DNA of 64,000 bases, taken from positions 8,618,001 through 8,682,000 of the forward strand of contig NC_045138.2 in NCBI RefSeq assembly GCF_008831285.2, given 5' to 3'. This stretch comes from Nymphaea colorata. Its lineage: Eukaryota. The number at the start of each line of letters is the position of its first letter. Position 1 is the stretch's first letter. A program made the position numbers and the translations under genes. Below the pieces are notes generated by a model, which was not told the DNA's origin, searched no databases, and worked only from the letters and a program-made list of their open reading frames with translations. Below, in pieces: positions 36,413-57,000 of this stretch.

Positions 36413-39317
36413 CCTCACTGCTCTCTTCTTTGCAGGTGTTGGGCAGCTTTTCTGCTCAGGCCTTTGCTTTGTTAGAAGTCTTTTTTGTATAAAACTAAGC
36501 AATGCATGATTGGTAGGTTTGAATAGTCATTTGTATCATTATAATTGGGCAATGGAGAATGGCCCTCTTCTATGATGTGGAAGCTTTCAGGCCCCATCTA
36601 TTGCCTTCTTTTTTGGGCAAGCTTTTCTATTACTGGACAAAGATAGATTTGAGAAGCTTCCATTCTTCTCCCCTAATTAAAAAAAAATTATGTATTCTTT
36701 TCAGGGATGGGAGAGGGGTCTATTTGCTGGGAAAGCTTTCAGGAGTGATCTTTGACAGCCTCTCCAAGTGGAGAATGAGTTGCATGCGCCACTCTCCACA
36801 CATATATGCCATAAGAAAAAAAAGGTAAGAAATGGGGATATTTTGGAAATCATATAAAAAAGATGTATTTTCGTGCACCAGTATGACATACATAACCGGC
36901 TTTGCTTTGCTTGAAGTGGACAAAAATTTTTGAGAAATTTTCTGCTGAGGACCTATACCTACTTTTTTGCCTGTAAATTTGAAAAAAAAAAAAGAACTCT
37001 TGTTGAATTTTTTTAAATTAAAGCTGCATTTTAATAAACAACAGCCAAATAAAAGCTTGATGTGGACTTATGTTACATGAGAGATAGAAAACAATTAGCT
37101 GCAAATGCAATGCAGGTGAGCTGGAGGCTAATCTTACCATACAAGTGAAGGCCCAAATCTTCCCTTCATTTTTTCATGGTCCAAGACTACTTTTAGTGTC
37201 TCAAGTTGATGCCCAAGTATGCAATACTGACTACAAACTAGCCTCCATGCCAACCATTGTGCTAACCCTTTCAACGATGCCACAATTGTGTTTTAATATC
37301 AACCTTTAGCATTAAATTGCATTCATATATAGCATTCTGTATATTTATTGTGTGTGTGTGTGTGTTTTTTTTGTTTCTTTGATGTATTAACTTCAGGCAC
37401 GTATGTGACCGTTTGTTTCTAAAAGGGTGTGGTTTTTATTAGAGCTTCCAAGCAATGAGATTTGATCAATTTTTTTTTTAGTTTCTTTAAGCATGCTTAC
37501 TTAATTCACTTCATTAATTCACTTCAAAAGGCAAGAGAGAATATTCTTATGAGGGCCACATCCTATTATTAAGGAAAAGGGAAGGGAAGGAAAGAGAGGT
37601 CGCTTTGCCAAAATTAAAACCATCACATGCTTGCCCCTAGATGTCAAGCTGGCTATCCTTTTCAATATAAATTAAAGTCATGCATACATAGTCCATGATT
37701 AAATTTAGAGGTGATATGTAAGTTTTTAATGTAGTAACTTTTGCCCATTTTCAAAACCTGCGTGAGTGAAAATCTCAGTCAACAAATTTCCATGAGATAT
37801 TAAGTCAGCATTATTAATATTATGTCAAATGCATGAAAATATGAACAAATGTATAAAAGTTAAAACAATCTCTTACTATTTGGTCGATACTGGTCTATCA
37901 ACGCTATATATATTTTAATTATAAAGTATTGCACGAGAACATCAATGCGTTTTCTTTTTCCTTTGGCAAAGAACATTTTCCTTCTATAAATGATTGAACT
38001 TTTTAACTATTTTTAAACAATTTTAATCAGAATGTTCAAATTTTAAAATTTTTGATATTTTCTTGCCAACTCACCACCGATTCAACCGAATTGCTGAATC
38101 TGCTGGTCGACTCACGGAATCAGCTTGACAGATCCGATTCATTGGAGTGGAGCAAGAGTGGAGAAGCATTCGGCCTTTAGTACTCTAGTAGTGAGATTCT
38201 CACTCCATTCAGGCATGACTTGACTTCCGCGAACCATTAGAATTGGGCACTTTCAAACGCTTCTAATTGGTAACTTGCAGTGTGGTGCACGTGCCATCTA
38301 CCCTTCTGTGCCAGCCAATTACAGCCAATGCCTTTGAGATAACAGGATCTCAATTAAACAAGACTTTTAATTGCCGTTATAATGTCATATCGGGAAGTGA
38401 AAGACAAATATAATGACAATATGACCTTGTAGATATATATATATATATAGCAAATCGGGGTTCATATATGACTGTAGTATGAAGTCGGTCAACATAATAT
38501 ATGAAAGTAACGAAGTTAACTAACAGTCAATCATTCAAACAACCCGTCTCGATTCATTAATCATTATAATGAGATAATGGCAGAATAAAAAAATTTAAAC
38601 CAAGAGGTCCTAAACTTTTCTGTATACCTTTTCTCCATATATACAATATCTATCAATATCACATTATCGCATTTTGGTAACATATAATAGAGTTTGAAAA
38701 CTGTTGTATTTGTTTTTTGCATTTCTCAATATTATGTTTTCACATATATTTTATTACTATTTTTATTTTTTTTTAAGAAATTTTGAGATAATAATAAGAT
38801 TTATTCATATAAAAAAATTCTTAGATTGAGATTTTAAAACTCATTCTTCTATAAACTAAAAAATAAACGTTAAACAATGTAAATTTTGTTCCATTCTAGC
38901 TTCTCAAGGCAACTGAATAACATAGAAAGTGAATCTAGATTTTCTAACGTTAACTTTTCAGTAAAGAAGTTTAGGAAAATTGGTTTTTCTGGTGAATTGT
39001 GAATTTGAAGGTGGATAGGAACTGAAAACTTGCTTGATGCTTCTAAGGGCACCAAATTTTTAACAAGAGTAATAACTTTCCTCAACAATGATGTACATAT
39101 TTACCTTTCACATTCTCATGAAGTAAAACTTGTGTTCTATGTTTGCGTGGCAAAATGTAAAGAATAGAACAATCTAAGGGCAGGGCACTCATTGTAGTGA
39201 GGAGAACAATGAAAAAGCATTTTCCAATAAAAAAAATTTCAAGGTAAACAACTTGAAAATTTATGAGTTAGGGTGGTCCACCTGCCATAAACATTCATGA
39301 CATAGGAAATCTAGACA

Positions 39318-39700
39318 TATATATATATATACCAACTCATTTATGTAAGAGACGAAAACCAGATGACTTAAATTTGTTTTGAAAATTATTTTAAACAAAA
39401 TGTGAACATCCTACAATATTCATAATCACCGGATTAATGTAAATCATGTTTTGTTTCAAGTTATTTTTGCAAAAAAAAAAGGTTTTTCTACTATATATCA
39501 CAATTTTATTCTTATAAGAATGGTTGTTTTTTTTATTGTTAAAAATAATATTATTAAAGTAAATAAAATGATTAACTTAAAACACATTCATCATCAAATC
39601 ACTCTTAAGATCAAATATGCAAGATTATATTAAAAAAACACTTCAATAGTTATTTTTAATAGATCTAGTTTTTGTCCCTTGCCAAAGTGCTCTAACATTT
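39318..39700 (+). repeat. AT-rich (TA)n-associated dispersed repeat, copy 2
   Basis: Shares tcaaatcactcttaagatca and tttttgtccctt with 44201-44460. Confidence 0.65.
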
Positions 39701-40406
39701 ACCAATCTCTCTCTCTCAGCCATGGCCCATGAAATGTTTTTTTTTTTAAATCTTTTCACTTTTTTGCATTTTTTTTGTTCTTACAAAAATGTTTTCTTTT
39801 TCTTTTAATCAAAAGCATTTTCGTCCTTTAACTATTGGTACACAAAAATTTCATGCTCCAGTATGCCCCTGGTATACATAACCAGCTTGGCATCTCCAGT
39901 AGTGAGGCACTATTGTCTGTGGTGCCATGAGGGCTTGGATGCCTTCCTTTCAACCCTCATCCGTGTCTTTCTCAAATCCTTGGCCACAGCCGGGGGATGC
40001 GATGCGATTTTTTTTTTTTTTCTTCCAGCACCTGTCTCTCTCAAGCCACCGGCCAGCTGTTTCAATATTTTTTAGAAATAACGCCGGTGATGTCATCCTG
40101 GCGGCGGACTATGGTTTCGGTTTTGTCTAAAATCCAATACCAAAAAATATTTCTCTCTGAAACCCTTACCATGGCCCAAGGGTTCTGTTTTCTCTCAAAA
40201 CAGGGCTATTGTCGAGGTTTTCTTTTTCTTTCGCTCAGACCCTCGGTCAATGCTGTAGGTTTCTTTGTTTTTAAATGCCAGCGACACTTCACCCGGCAGG
40301 CCACAAAAGAGAGAGATTCCCACACACACACCATGCTTGCATGCATCATCTCGCACAAGAGGTGGATAGAGGGCATGGTGGGGGCTCTTCCTCTTCCTAC
40401 TATGAC

Positions 40407-40944
40407 TACTGGTGAATAACGAGTTGAGTAACGAGTTGAGTTCAATTTCAGAACGAGTTCGAGCAGAGTCATTTGCTTAATGAGTCGAGCTCGAGTTCAT
40501 GAGTTGATTCATTTAAATAATCAAATTGAGTTCGAACTCAACATATAACCGCTGAGTCTAGCTCGAGCCTTAATCAAGTCGATACATTCAAACGAGTTTA
40601 CGAGTTTGTTGAGGCTTAATTGAGTCAAGCTCGAGCTCAACACGTAATTCAAACAAATTTGTCGAGCCTTAATCCAGTCGAGCTTGAGCTCAACATGTAA
40701 TAATGAATATCACATCTATTCAAACGAGTTTGTCGAGCCTTAATCGAGTCGAGCTCGAGCTCAACATGTAACAATAAATATCAAATCTATTCAAACGAAT
40801 TTGTCGACCTTTAATCGAGTCGAACTAGATCTGCTTCTATCGAGCTATTCCCGAGCTCGAGCAGAGTCGAGCTTAAGGTTTCATTAGTCGAGCCGAGCTC
40901 GAGCTGATTGAACTTGGGCTGGACTCAGCTCGTGTTCACCTCTA
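40407..40944. mobile_element. hAT-type non-autonomous element with gagctcgag subterminal repeats
   Basis: TIRs tactggtgaataacgag / ctcgtgttcacctcta. 8-bp TSD actatgac (40399-40406) / accatgac (40945-40952). Internal ~60-bp tandem units. Confidence 0.8.
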
Positions 40945-42828
40945 ACCATGACCTCTGCGGCGGCTGAGGTCTGACCTGCCACTCTCTCAAGTATGTGTAT
41001 TTCTGGTTCTTCTTGGATTTGAAAATCCATAGATTTCTGATTCTTGGTGATAGAGCTGTGACTCCGGCTGAGGTCGGCGGCCATCAAATGCTGTCACAAG
41101 ACATCATTTTTACCGTTGATTTTTTTTAAATTGATTGGTGGAAGGAAAATCAATGAGAAAAAGTTGTTAATTAATTTTAGACGACTAAAATACCATGCCT
41201 CCTTTTTCTCCTTAAATTTTTTTTTTCCTGCAGACCAACGTCCAAGATGGTTGATTATAGGTCTGACACCTAAAGGTCTTTCTCTATTAATCTATGACTT
41301 AATTTATTGTGTTTTAAAGTGAATATATAATATTCGGTAATAGAGGACAATGAAGGGTGCCAAGTTGAAGCCGGTGGACCAAATTGATTACCATACTTTC
41401 CTGCTTTAACTTAACCTTTATTTTGTTGTCGTCCTCGGAAGACTTTTGATCACATGGAGGAGTCTTCTTTGTTGAAAGGTTCACAGTGATAGAGAAAAAG
41501 ATGCTCCATTGGCCCTTCGCTTAGCTTAGCACGTGGTCTTGGGTTCAAATCTGGGTCAACGTTCAAACCTAAATTTCAGAAAACAACAAATTTATAACCT
41601 CTGGAGAAGTTTGCGCACAGATTTATGCATCTTGTCTGCACTTGCTAATTAATTCTTAGAACAAGAAAGAATGCCATGTTACCCGCAATGAGAATGACAG
41701 ATGTTTTTGTTTAGAAGCAGAAGAACAAAGAAATTTGTATGAATCCATCCTTTTGTTACTTAGAGAAAACAAGACTCGTGTTTGGCGGAAGTTTCAAGTC
41801 AATATATTGTTTGTTTGGGTGAGCAAAAGGGAACCACAATGCAAGTAAGAGGCCGCAGCCCCCCTTCTTCCCCCTGTCCTGGAGATCTACTGCTGCTTCG
41901 ATACGATACATCATTCAATTCAACTGTCGTGCAAGCCCCATATTGTTTGAGAGGTTACAGATTTGCATCACAAGTTGTTTTAGCGAAATAACTTACTATT
42001 GATGGACCTGTCTCATGTGTTGAATCATAATCCCTGATGTTTAACTTCACTTTGCATTATGTCTATGATGACTTCCAAAATTTTTGATAGACCACTTAAG
42101 TGAGAAAAAAAAAAAAAAACAGATCCATTTAAATTAATGATATGTTTGTGCAACCTAACCTTATATATAAGCATATCACGTTGATTGTCATACCAATTTA
42201 AATGTAGTATAATCATGGCTTCCCTTTTAATATCAGAATTTTGATAATAAAGAAGTGGATATTTTCCATGAAACTAATTTGAATTAAAACATGTTTTTTC
42301 TAAATTAGTACTTGTAAGACCTCCATACCCACCTACACTCTTCTCATGCTTTCACAAAATAAATAAGTAACCTAAGAGGATCTAGTCATCTGACATATAA
42401 TTTTAGGGGGCATTTGGCAAATCAGTTGGTATATTGTTCCATGTCTTTGCTGGAAAATTAGAGTAAGTTCATGAAACATTTTAAAAAATGTTGTTTCGTT
42501 TGTCTGCTTCAAATTTTTGGGAAAATACACGAATTATATTGTTACTATTGTCAAATGGTCTCTTAAGAACTCTTGGCAATAAGAACATAATCTACTGTTT
42601 TACATAAATTCGCTTTAAAAATCGAAATAAATTCATGAACCATTGTGCCCCAACTTTGTGGCAGATACATATTAAAGGCATATGTGACTACCACCATTGC
42701 CAAACAACCCTTTATTGATGCGACATGGCATGAACAGTAGACACAAGCCCCTTCGACTTGCCATCAATTTGGGTCAGTTGGGATGCCCATGACATGGACT
42801 AGGAGCCGGTCAAGTTAAAAGTGAGATT

Positions 42829-43042
42829 GAGTTGCATGCACACAACAAATGTGCACTCAAGCAAGACAGAAGGCAGGTAGGGGCATTTTAGATATTTTTT
42901 TTTACAAAGCTATTGGCATCTTAGTTTTTTAAATATTTTTATAATTCCATTTTCATCCTTTTAAAACTCTATTTTTGTACTTTAACGGGGGCATTTTGGT
43001 CATTACACACCCTATGCATGCACAAGGGTGTGCAGGTAACCC
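42829..43042. mobile_element. MITE, gagttgcatgcacac family
   Basis: TIR gagttgcatgcacac / gtgtgcaggtaaccc; homologous to 33050-33257. Confidence 0.6.
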
Positions 43043-43744
43043 GCTTGGTTAAAAGTAGGGCTGGTTGGATGTTCGTGTGTAAACACATGAAGACATATTA
43101 GAACCCTTGCCCAGTCTTGCATATCAAGAGCATTTCGGACACTTTATAAAAAAAAAAAAAAAAAACTCTTTTTCAGTACTTTTGCTTTTACATAGAGTCT
43201 CCAGTTTGAAACACAACAAATTTTTGTCCTGTTACATTTCTAGGCTTGATAGCAATGAGAAAATTTTATTACAGCAAAAGAAAATATCACCACTCGAGTA
43301 AGAGCCGAAAAAAGGTGCCCCAAGGATGCACTGCATTGCATGTGAATTGGTATATCTCTGTATTCTTATAAGCAGCAACTGGCTGCCTGCCAATAGGCCA
43401 CCGATCCCCAAAAAAATCGACCTTTTGAGAGTTATCAAACGACCCTTAATAAAGGAGAGGGGTACCTGATCATATTTGGTGGTTAAAGTCACATAATCTG
43501 ACAGCTTGTCTTTCTTTATCCTCCATTGATTGCTTGCACCCAAAGTGTATCAAGCTCTTAATTTCTGTTGTTTAAGATGACCAACCAACCTGCTTCCTCC
43601 CTTGTAGTCTACTGCAAGAATGCATCGCACTTCACGCCCTAGTTGCTTTTCCTAACCACCGTTCCTCTCTTACTCTCTCCCTAAATAGTGAGGGTTGGCT
43701 ACAGCATTCATTCATGCTACAAAGCAAAAGCACCTCAGAAGAAA

Positions 43745-44115
43745 ATGAAGCAACAGAGGAAAGCACCCGCCCTCTCTCTGCTTCTTTGGTATTTGCTCCT
43801 TTCAGGTAATGCATATGATGCACCCTTCACCACTACCCAAAACTATTTCCCAAAGCCTTGATGTAATTGAGCACTTCTTGTTCTAGTTGACGTTGATCAT
43901 ATTATGGAGGTTGAGAGAGTTGGTAAGTACGTGACTAACAAGTGTCTTGGCAGTTGATCTTTTTAAGAAGAAAGATTGAGAGAATATCAGGAGAAAAAAA
44001 GTGGACAATAGTCATCTAGTGTTAATTAACAACTCTTCTCCTTGATTTTCTCTCAATATTCCATCTTAGAAAGATCTACCGCCAAGATCATGTACCTACC
44101 AATCCCTCTCCCTCT

Positions 44116-44203
<88 letters not shown>

Positions 44204-45664
44204 AATGTTTTAACTGAAGTGCTTTTTGTAAAAAAACTGGACTTTTCTATTATCAAAATTTTGATTTTATAAGTCATTCAACTTTTTACTAATTAAAAAC
44301 ATTATTGAAGTAAAAAATTGACCAACTTAACACATACTTATCGTCAAATCACTCTTAAGATCACACCTGTAAGGTTATATTGCCCAAAAAACACTTGAAT
44401 AATTGATTTAGTGGGTTTGCTTTTTGTCCCTTATCTAAGCAGTCTGTTAAATATATATATATTAGAAATAACTATTTGTAAATAGAGATGTCACTGTCTA
44501 GGTTCGGATGGATGAGACTGCTTAAAAAAAGAATGCTATAGATGAAAAATAAAGCATTTGATTAAGAAAATAGATCAGGCCTTGATTACAAGAAGTGACA
44601 TAAGATCAGATACCAATTTTGAAAGATGAATTTTAATATATAGTAATATGGTTGCGGATACCCAAATTCACGCGATTATAGAATTTGGATCGTTTTTTAT
44701 TTATTTGCCTTTTATTCTAATATGAATATGCAAACATAATTTAAATTTCATCCATTGATATCCCTATTTGTAGATACATCAAATGTTCAGAAAGTTATGT
44801 AAATTTTTCTGTGTAAAGCAAATGATATTTTATTAAATACGCTTAAAAGAAAGTTGTTTTCCGCCAATAGTGTCATTTAAGCGTGTCCATGTGACGTAGC
44901 ATCTTATTGCCGACCCAGGAATCCATGGCCCAATTACGGCAAAATCTGTCACATTTTACGTGACCAACAAGTGTCAGTTCCCGATATGGCCTGGGACAGC
45001 CTCAAACACGGGCCTTCCCTTGGTCGCCGGCGGTGGCTTCCTCCTCGTGCCGGGCCAGACGAAGAGGATGCAGGCCTCGCCCTCTTGGAAAGGCCGGATC
45101 TGGGCGCGGACTTCCTGCGACTTCACCAAGACGGTGCCACCGGCCTGCGAGACAGGCGACTGTGCCGGCAAGCTCGCCTGCAACGGCAGCATCGGCCTCC
45201 CTCCAGCCACTCTGGTGGAGTTCTCCCTCGAGCCGGATCGAACTCAACCGAGCTTCTACGACGTGACCCTGGTCGACGGCTACAACCTCCCCGTGGCAGT
45301 GTCCCCATCTAAGGGTGGGAAGCCACAACTGCCATCAAACTGCACCATCAATGGCTGCGCGAGGAGTTTGACCAGCGTATCGAACTGCCCGCCGGAGTTG
45401 CAGGTGGTGAGCACAGAGAGGGGCGAAGTGGTGGCATGCAAGAGCGCGTGCTTGGCCTTCAATCTGGACGTCTTCTGCTGCAGGAACGAGTACGGGACTC
45501 CCGAGAAGTGCAGGCCGAGCACGTACTCTAGACTGTTCAAGGACGCGTGTCCTTCTTACTTCAGCTATGCCTATGATGGGGCGCCATCGACGCCCCTGCG
45601 GAGCTGCTCGTCCGACGAGTACGCCATTATCTTCTGCCCTTCAAGTTGGGCTGCCGATGCTTAA
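43745..45664 (+). CDS. Thaumatin-like (PR-5) protein, 2 exons
   Basis: Exon 1 43745-43805 (MKQQRKAPALSLLLWYLLLS, GT donor). Exon 2 44919-45664: NKCQFPIWPG, WKGRIWART, CETGDC, PPATLVEF, FYDVTLVDGYNLP, CKSACLAF, FKDACPSYFSYAYD. Confidence 0.93.
44119..44460 (+). repeat. (TA)n microsatellite plus AT-rich TA-associated repeat, copy 3 (thaumatin intron)
   Basis: About 40 TA units at 44119-44200, then the repeat body, then a short TA run. Confidence 0.7.
44483..44766. mobile_element. hAT-type MITE in thaumatin intron
   Basis: TIR tagagatgtca / tgatatcccta. 8-bp TSD tttgtaaa (44475-44482) / tttgtaga (44767-44774). A related start (tagggatgtcactgg) occurs at ~32756. Confidence 0.75.
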
Positions 45665-46878
45665 TTGCCAGATATGAAGGAGCCGGCTACTAGGTGATGA
45701 TCATTCCTCGCCATCACAGAAGAAGGAAAATAAAAAATTATCGAAGAACTTGTAAATGGCGCTTCCGATGAATAATAGTTGGTCTTATAGTTATTTTGGA
45801 ACTTAATTATGAATTGTGCAGACCAGGCTTTCCAATGAGAGGGTCACAAATACAAACATTTTTAAGGACAGGCAACGATATGATAATGCACATGTTTACC
45901 TATAGATTTTTGAAAATTTGGGGGAAAGCCAAGCAAACTAATGTGTTTAATCCCAAAGGAAATTCACATTAGGGGAGGAAACATGACCACTTATTTAGCA
46001 ATCTTTTCTCAACAACCACAACCTTGAGCGGAAGAAAAGAAAAAATGGGATGGTTAACGCACACGGCTATGGTGATCCTGAGCTACTTCTCTACACAAAT
46101 TCAATATGCAGAAGAGGAAATAATTGTATCTTTTGCACTTATACCTGCATCAAGCTCCTCTGCGTCAGTGTATAGTTCAAGCACCCAGTCCAATATGTTC
46201 AGCAGAATCTCAATACTAAGCCTCAAGTATGACATATAGGTGCTGCTAAAGTCACCATCAAAAGGTTGAGATTTGCAGCATGATTGATCTACTGCTCGGC
46301 AAGAATTATTGGAGATATGATGATGGCACACAGTTACGTAACAGCAAGAAATGTCTTCACCGATCTCAACTCTCCTCCGAATTGTACATATAGCAGTCAC
46401 TCAAACATACAGAAGGGGAAAGGATGCACTGTGTCACACATACACAAACACACATACAAACTCTGTTTATACAGACACCACCACCAAACCGGCTCAACAG
46501 ATTTCACATGTATATAGTTTCAAGCAAACTGTGTAAAGCTGCAAAAAGTTATAGCAATAGTACCAGAACGGGCCAACGGAAAAGCATCATTATCATCATC
46601 ATCATCACTAGAATGATCTCCCGACATTCAAGAATCGAGATTTCCCTTTCAATTTGAATTGCAAGATTAATCAAGATAGGAAGGCTCTTTTCTACAGTTT
46701 CGAACAAAGAATTCACAATGGTCAAATGCAGATCCAACACAAGTACAAAGGTTCAACAAATCAACCAAATCAACCCCCTTTCTCTGTTACATTAATAGAT
46801 ACACACAAAAAAAAAAAAAAAAACTCAGAAACCAAACGTGTTGTCTGACTATACACAGTGGCAAGCTCTCCGTGTTCA

Positions 46879-53228
<6,350 letters not shown>

Positions 53229-53589
53229 TCTCCACAACAAATTAGGAAAGTAAGGAAGCTGACTGAGCAATTGAAATCCCTTTCCCTGGAAAACACAGTG
53301 AGCACCTCTCAAAGATGTACGTTTTTTTGCATACAATTCAAGGGCTTGTTTGAGAACTGCATATTGGCAGCTTGTTACTAATGCTCTTAAGTATGAAGTG
53401 CAATGATGTTCTTCCCACATTATTTCATTCGGACGTCACTAGACATAGAATGCGGCGGGATGCAGGAGGAACAACTCAGTTCCTCCTACATCGAAAAAAA
53501 AAAAAAGGAGAAGAAGAAAGACCCTCATTCTTCCATAAACGTTTAACTAGTACCCTTCCGCCGATGAAACCAAATCGTCGTCTTATTTT

Positions 53590-53790
53590 TATGATGAGGA
53601 ACCCCTTCGACAAGGAAAAACTCGGGTGAGCTCTGATCACCAAGCCTTGCCAGGACAAGGTCATGGAGGCTCAGGCAGAAGAACGCGTGGCAGAGTTGGG
53701 ATTTGAACCAAGGTCACCACCACTGGTCGTCAAAACAAAATCATTGTCGAGAAGGCACGACGCTACAACACTTGCACCAGCCATAAGCTG
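53590..53790 (-). mobile_element. Possible tRNA-derived SINE remnant
   Basis: Minus strand has A-box-like TGGTGCAAGTG and B-box-like GGTTCAAATCC. No TSD or tail resolved. Confidence 0.3.
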
Positions 53791-55207
53791 AAGAAAAGGC
53801 CTTTAAGTTTTAAAAGTCTGAAAAAGTATGAGGCAATTAGCATGATGTAGTGAAAATTCGTCCGACTTCTCAATCCAAAAAACAACCACGATAGAACTTC
53901 AGGTGACAAAACTCAAATAGAAATCTATAAGAAAGTTGGCACTCACTGGTTATATATGGAGGACTAAAAGCGACGAAATTAAAGCATTTAGGTATTTCAA
54001 ATTGATCGAGAATGATCCAAACAGATACAGCTGATGTTCTCTCACGCAAATCAATAAAAGAAGAGTGCACTCCACTGGAATCAACGGTTCCATACAATCC
54101 CGAGTCTAATGAAGCGAATGGCGGATCAAGGAATCGTTGCATCCATTGATTGTTAGTTATTCCTAGGTGGATATATCTTCCTCATACGCAAGGAACGGAT
54201 TACAAGCAAGATAAATTAAACAGGAGGCAAAGACGGAAAAAACAAGAAAGAAAGAAATGAAGTGGAATTCCCTCCAGCTTCGACGCCATTTGTACCTCTG
54301 GAGCTTCTGTGTGAGAAGTTCAAACAAACCGCAAAACTCGATCCAATTTCGGAATGTTGCTATTGGTCTATTAATCGACTAAAAAACTGAAACTCGAAAA
54401 GGAAAATGAATTTACTTGAGATGTGATTACTTGTGAGAGAGAGAGAGAGACCTATTCTCGGCTTCCTCCTTGCCCTCTGGCTTTCCCACTTTTACCGTCA
54501 GAGAGAGGTAGAAAAAGATGGAGAGAGAGAGAGAGAGAGAGACGGTGATGTCGGCGGCCTCAAACCAACCACCCTTTTGCACGTCTGCTTGCCGGGAGAG
54601 GTCGTGATTCCTTCGTGTCGAAACAGCAGCAACACGTCTTTTATCACATTCTGCAAGAAAAGCTCAGCCAAATTTCTCCACCGTTTTTTTTACTGCCGAA
54701 CCAAACCATAGATTGTTAATGACTGGATGTGCCATCATCAAAAAAATTGTAAATCGTTATTAGTAACTGTACTTTTTATAATAAAATAAAGGCTTAAAAT
54801 TAACTTCTGTTAAGAAGATAATGATAAAAGAGATACTAAAAGAATATTTAGGATAAGGTTGTCCTCAACAAACTCTTATTTGGTAGTTTTTTGTCATTTG
54901 GTAACTTACAAAAAGTATAACTCCAATTTAAAAAATCACAAAAAGTGGCCCTTTCTAAAATTATAAGTGAAATGTTGGGCCAAAAATGAAAAACTTCCAA
55001 GAAAATTTTGGCATATTATTTCATTTCATTGCCCAACAAGCAAATTCCCCATCTTTAAACCTTTTTCTTGTATTTCATTCTATCGTATAAAAAAGGTTTT
55101 GAAGCTTTCTCCCAACTCCTCATTTGTTTAAGGTATAGGATATGCTCTCAACTCCTCATTTGTTTAAGGTATAGGATATGCTTCTAGTGTCTTAAAGGTG
55201 TCGTTCT

Positions 55208-55683
55208 TGTAAGATCATTTGGTGGGCCAACATATGTCTATGAGGAATTTCAGACATTATGGCTGTCTTAACGTAAATATCCGTTTAAGTGATTGCATTT
55301 TGGGATATTACGTCATTTTAGATGGTATGGGGTAATTTTGAAATGTATAGATACCAGTACGAAATTACAGACTCTTTGATGGGTGGAATCCATAATTGTC
55401 CTTATTATAAAATGGTAGTGGTCCCTGGGGTCGTGCAATGGTTGCCTAAAACATTGGTTTCTAGGGTTTTCCTCTTCCCCATCTGAGAGAGACCTCAAGC
55501 GCGCCACACGTACCTTGGAAGACCCTGCTGCGATCTTCCTGTGCATCAGATCAGATGGATTCAGGTACGCTTCCGCTTTAAGTTTAAGGTTATGTTTGAT
55601 TCAATTATTTAGCATGAGCATGATCCTGTTTTAGGGTATATACGTTTGGTTTTGTGTATGCGTAATGGGGAGAAATCCCAACA
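55208..55683 (+). repeat. 5' LTR of copia element 3 (476 bp)
   Basis: Direct repeat with 60769-61027; followed by the tRNA-iMet PBS. Confidence 0.93.
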
Positions 55684-56499
55684 TTTGGTATCAGAGCCTA
55701 TGCTTGTTGTTGAATCGTTGATCTTTTGGCGTTCTTCCCATTTGAATGTTCCTTTTCTTCGACTGCAATTTTTGGTTTTCAAAAAAAAAAAAATTTAGGG
55801 TTGTGGGCGTGCGACGGAAGCCGTCTGTGGACTGAAGAGGATCGGTGATGGGGACGCTGGATCGGCGGTTGTCGGTTGCCATTGGGCAACGGCGAGCCTC
55901 CGGCACGTTCCTGCCGGCGGCACTCACGCCGTTGGGTGCCCTCTACGCCTCCGTCGCAGACACGAAAGAAGAAGAAGAAGGATAAGGGGATAGCAGGGAA
56001 GGCGACGAGAAGGAGGAACGACCGCAGGGAGGGGCAACGGCCGGGGCCGGCAGTTATGGCCGAAAGGGCGTGGGGGCGACCGCCGGTTCGGTCGACGGCC
56101 GGCCGACCGTCCGCCTGCCGTGAGGCGTGTCCACTGGCGATCCTTGACGGTAGAGGCAGAGGAGGGTAGAGGAGGGGGAGGAAGGGCTTCGCTCGATTCT
56201 GGCTCCCACCTCCACAACTCCACAGCCGGAGAGTTCATCGTCGCCGGACGGCGCCGTACCACCTGTCGGCGCCCACCCAAGCCCCCCGGAGGCACGTCGG
56301 AGGCGATGTCGCAGTTCGCTGCCGTTCGGTGCTTGGCAGGGCGAGCGGCGGTCTCGCTGCCTGGGAGCCGTCAAGCGAGGCAGCGGGTCGGCCCGGGTCG
56401 GGTCGTAACAGACCCGATCTGGATCCATCAGTTTATTTAAAAAAAAAAAAAAAAACTTTTTCCCGCCTCGCGCCCGAGCTCCTGCGTTTTATTTTTTCG

Positions 56500-57000
56500 G
56501 ACCGGGTCGGGTCCTGTCGGACCCGACCCGTATCCATTTGGTTTAAGTAAATCGGTTCTTTTTTTTAAACCGGTTTTTAAAAGACTCGAACCGGTTCATT
56601 CGATTTCAGACCGGTTCAATACGATTCAGAACCGATTCGGTCCGATTCAGACCGGTTCGGACCTTTCAGATCCGATTCAGACCATTTTGGGACCGGTTCA
56701 TTCAGTTTTGGAACCGATTCTAGCATTTCAGAACCGATTAAGTTGATTTTCGAACCGATTCGGGCATTTTCAGACTGGTTCACTTGATATTTAGACCGAT
56801 TCAGGGTTTTTCAGACCGGTTCATTGAGTTCTGGAACCGTTTTTGAGCCAATTTTAACCGGTTCAGTGGGTTTTAGAACTGATACGGTCTATTTTTGACC
56901 GGTACGTCCAATTTTTAGACTTGTTCAGCCCTATGTAGGGGTATGTAGGTGTTCTAATTGTGGTTTAAGAACGATACGGGCCATTTTAAGGCCGATTCAG
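56500..57000. repeat. Degenerate short tandem array (gaccggtt/gaaccgatt units) in the 5' leader of element 3
   Basis: Same unit type as 30690-31090. Confidence 0.75.

Noticed and set aside
40540..40830. Regularly spaced repeats superficially like a CRISPR array (also 9520-9770)
   Set aside because: Eukaryotic context, degenerate tandem units without unique spacers, located inside transposons, and no cas genes.
46024..46520. ORFs between thaumatin and Lunapark
   Set aside because: No motif and no supported link to either gene.
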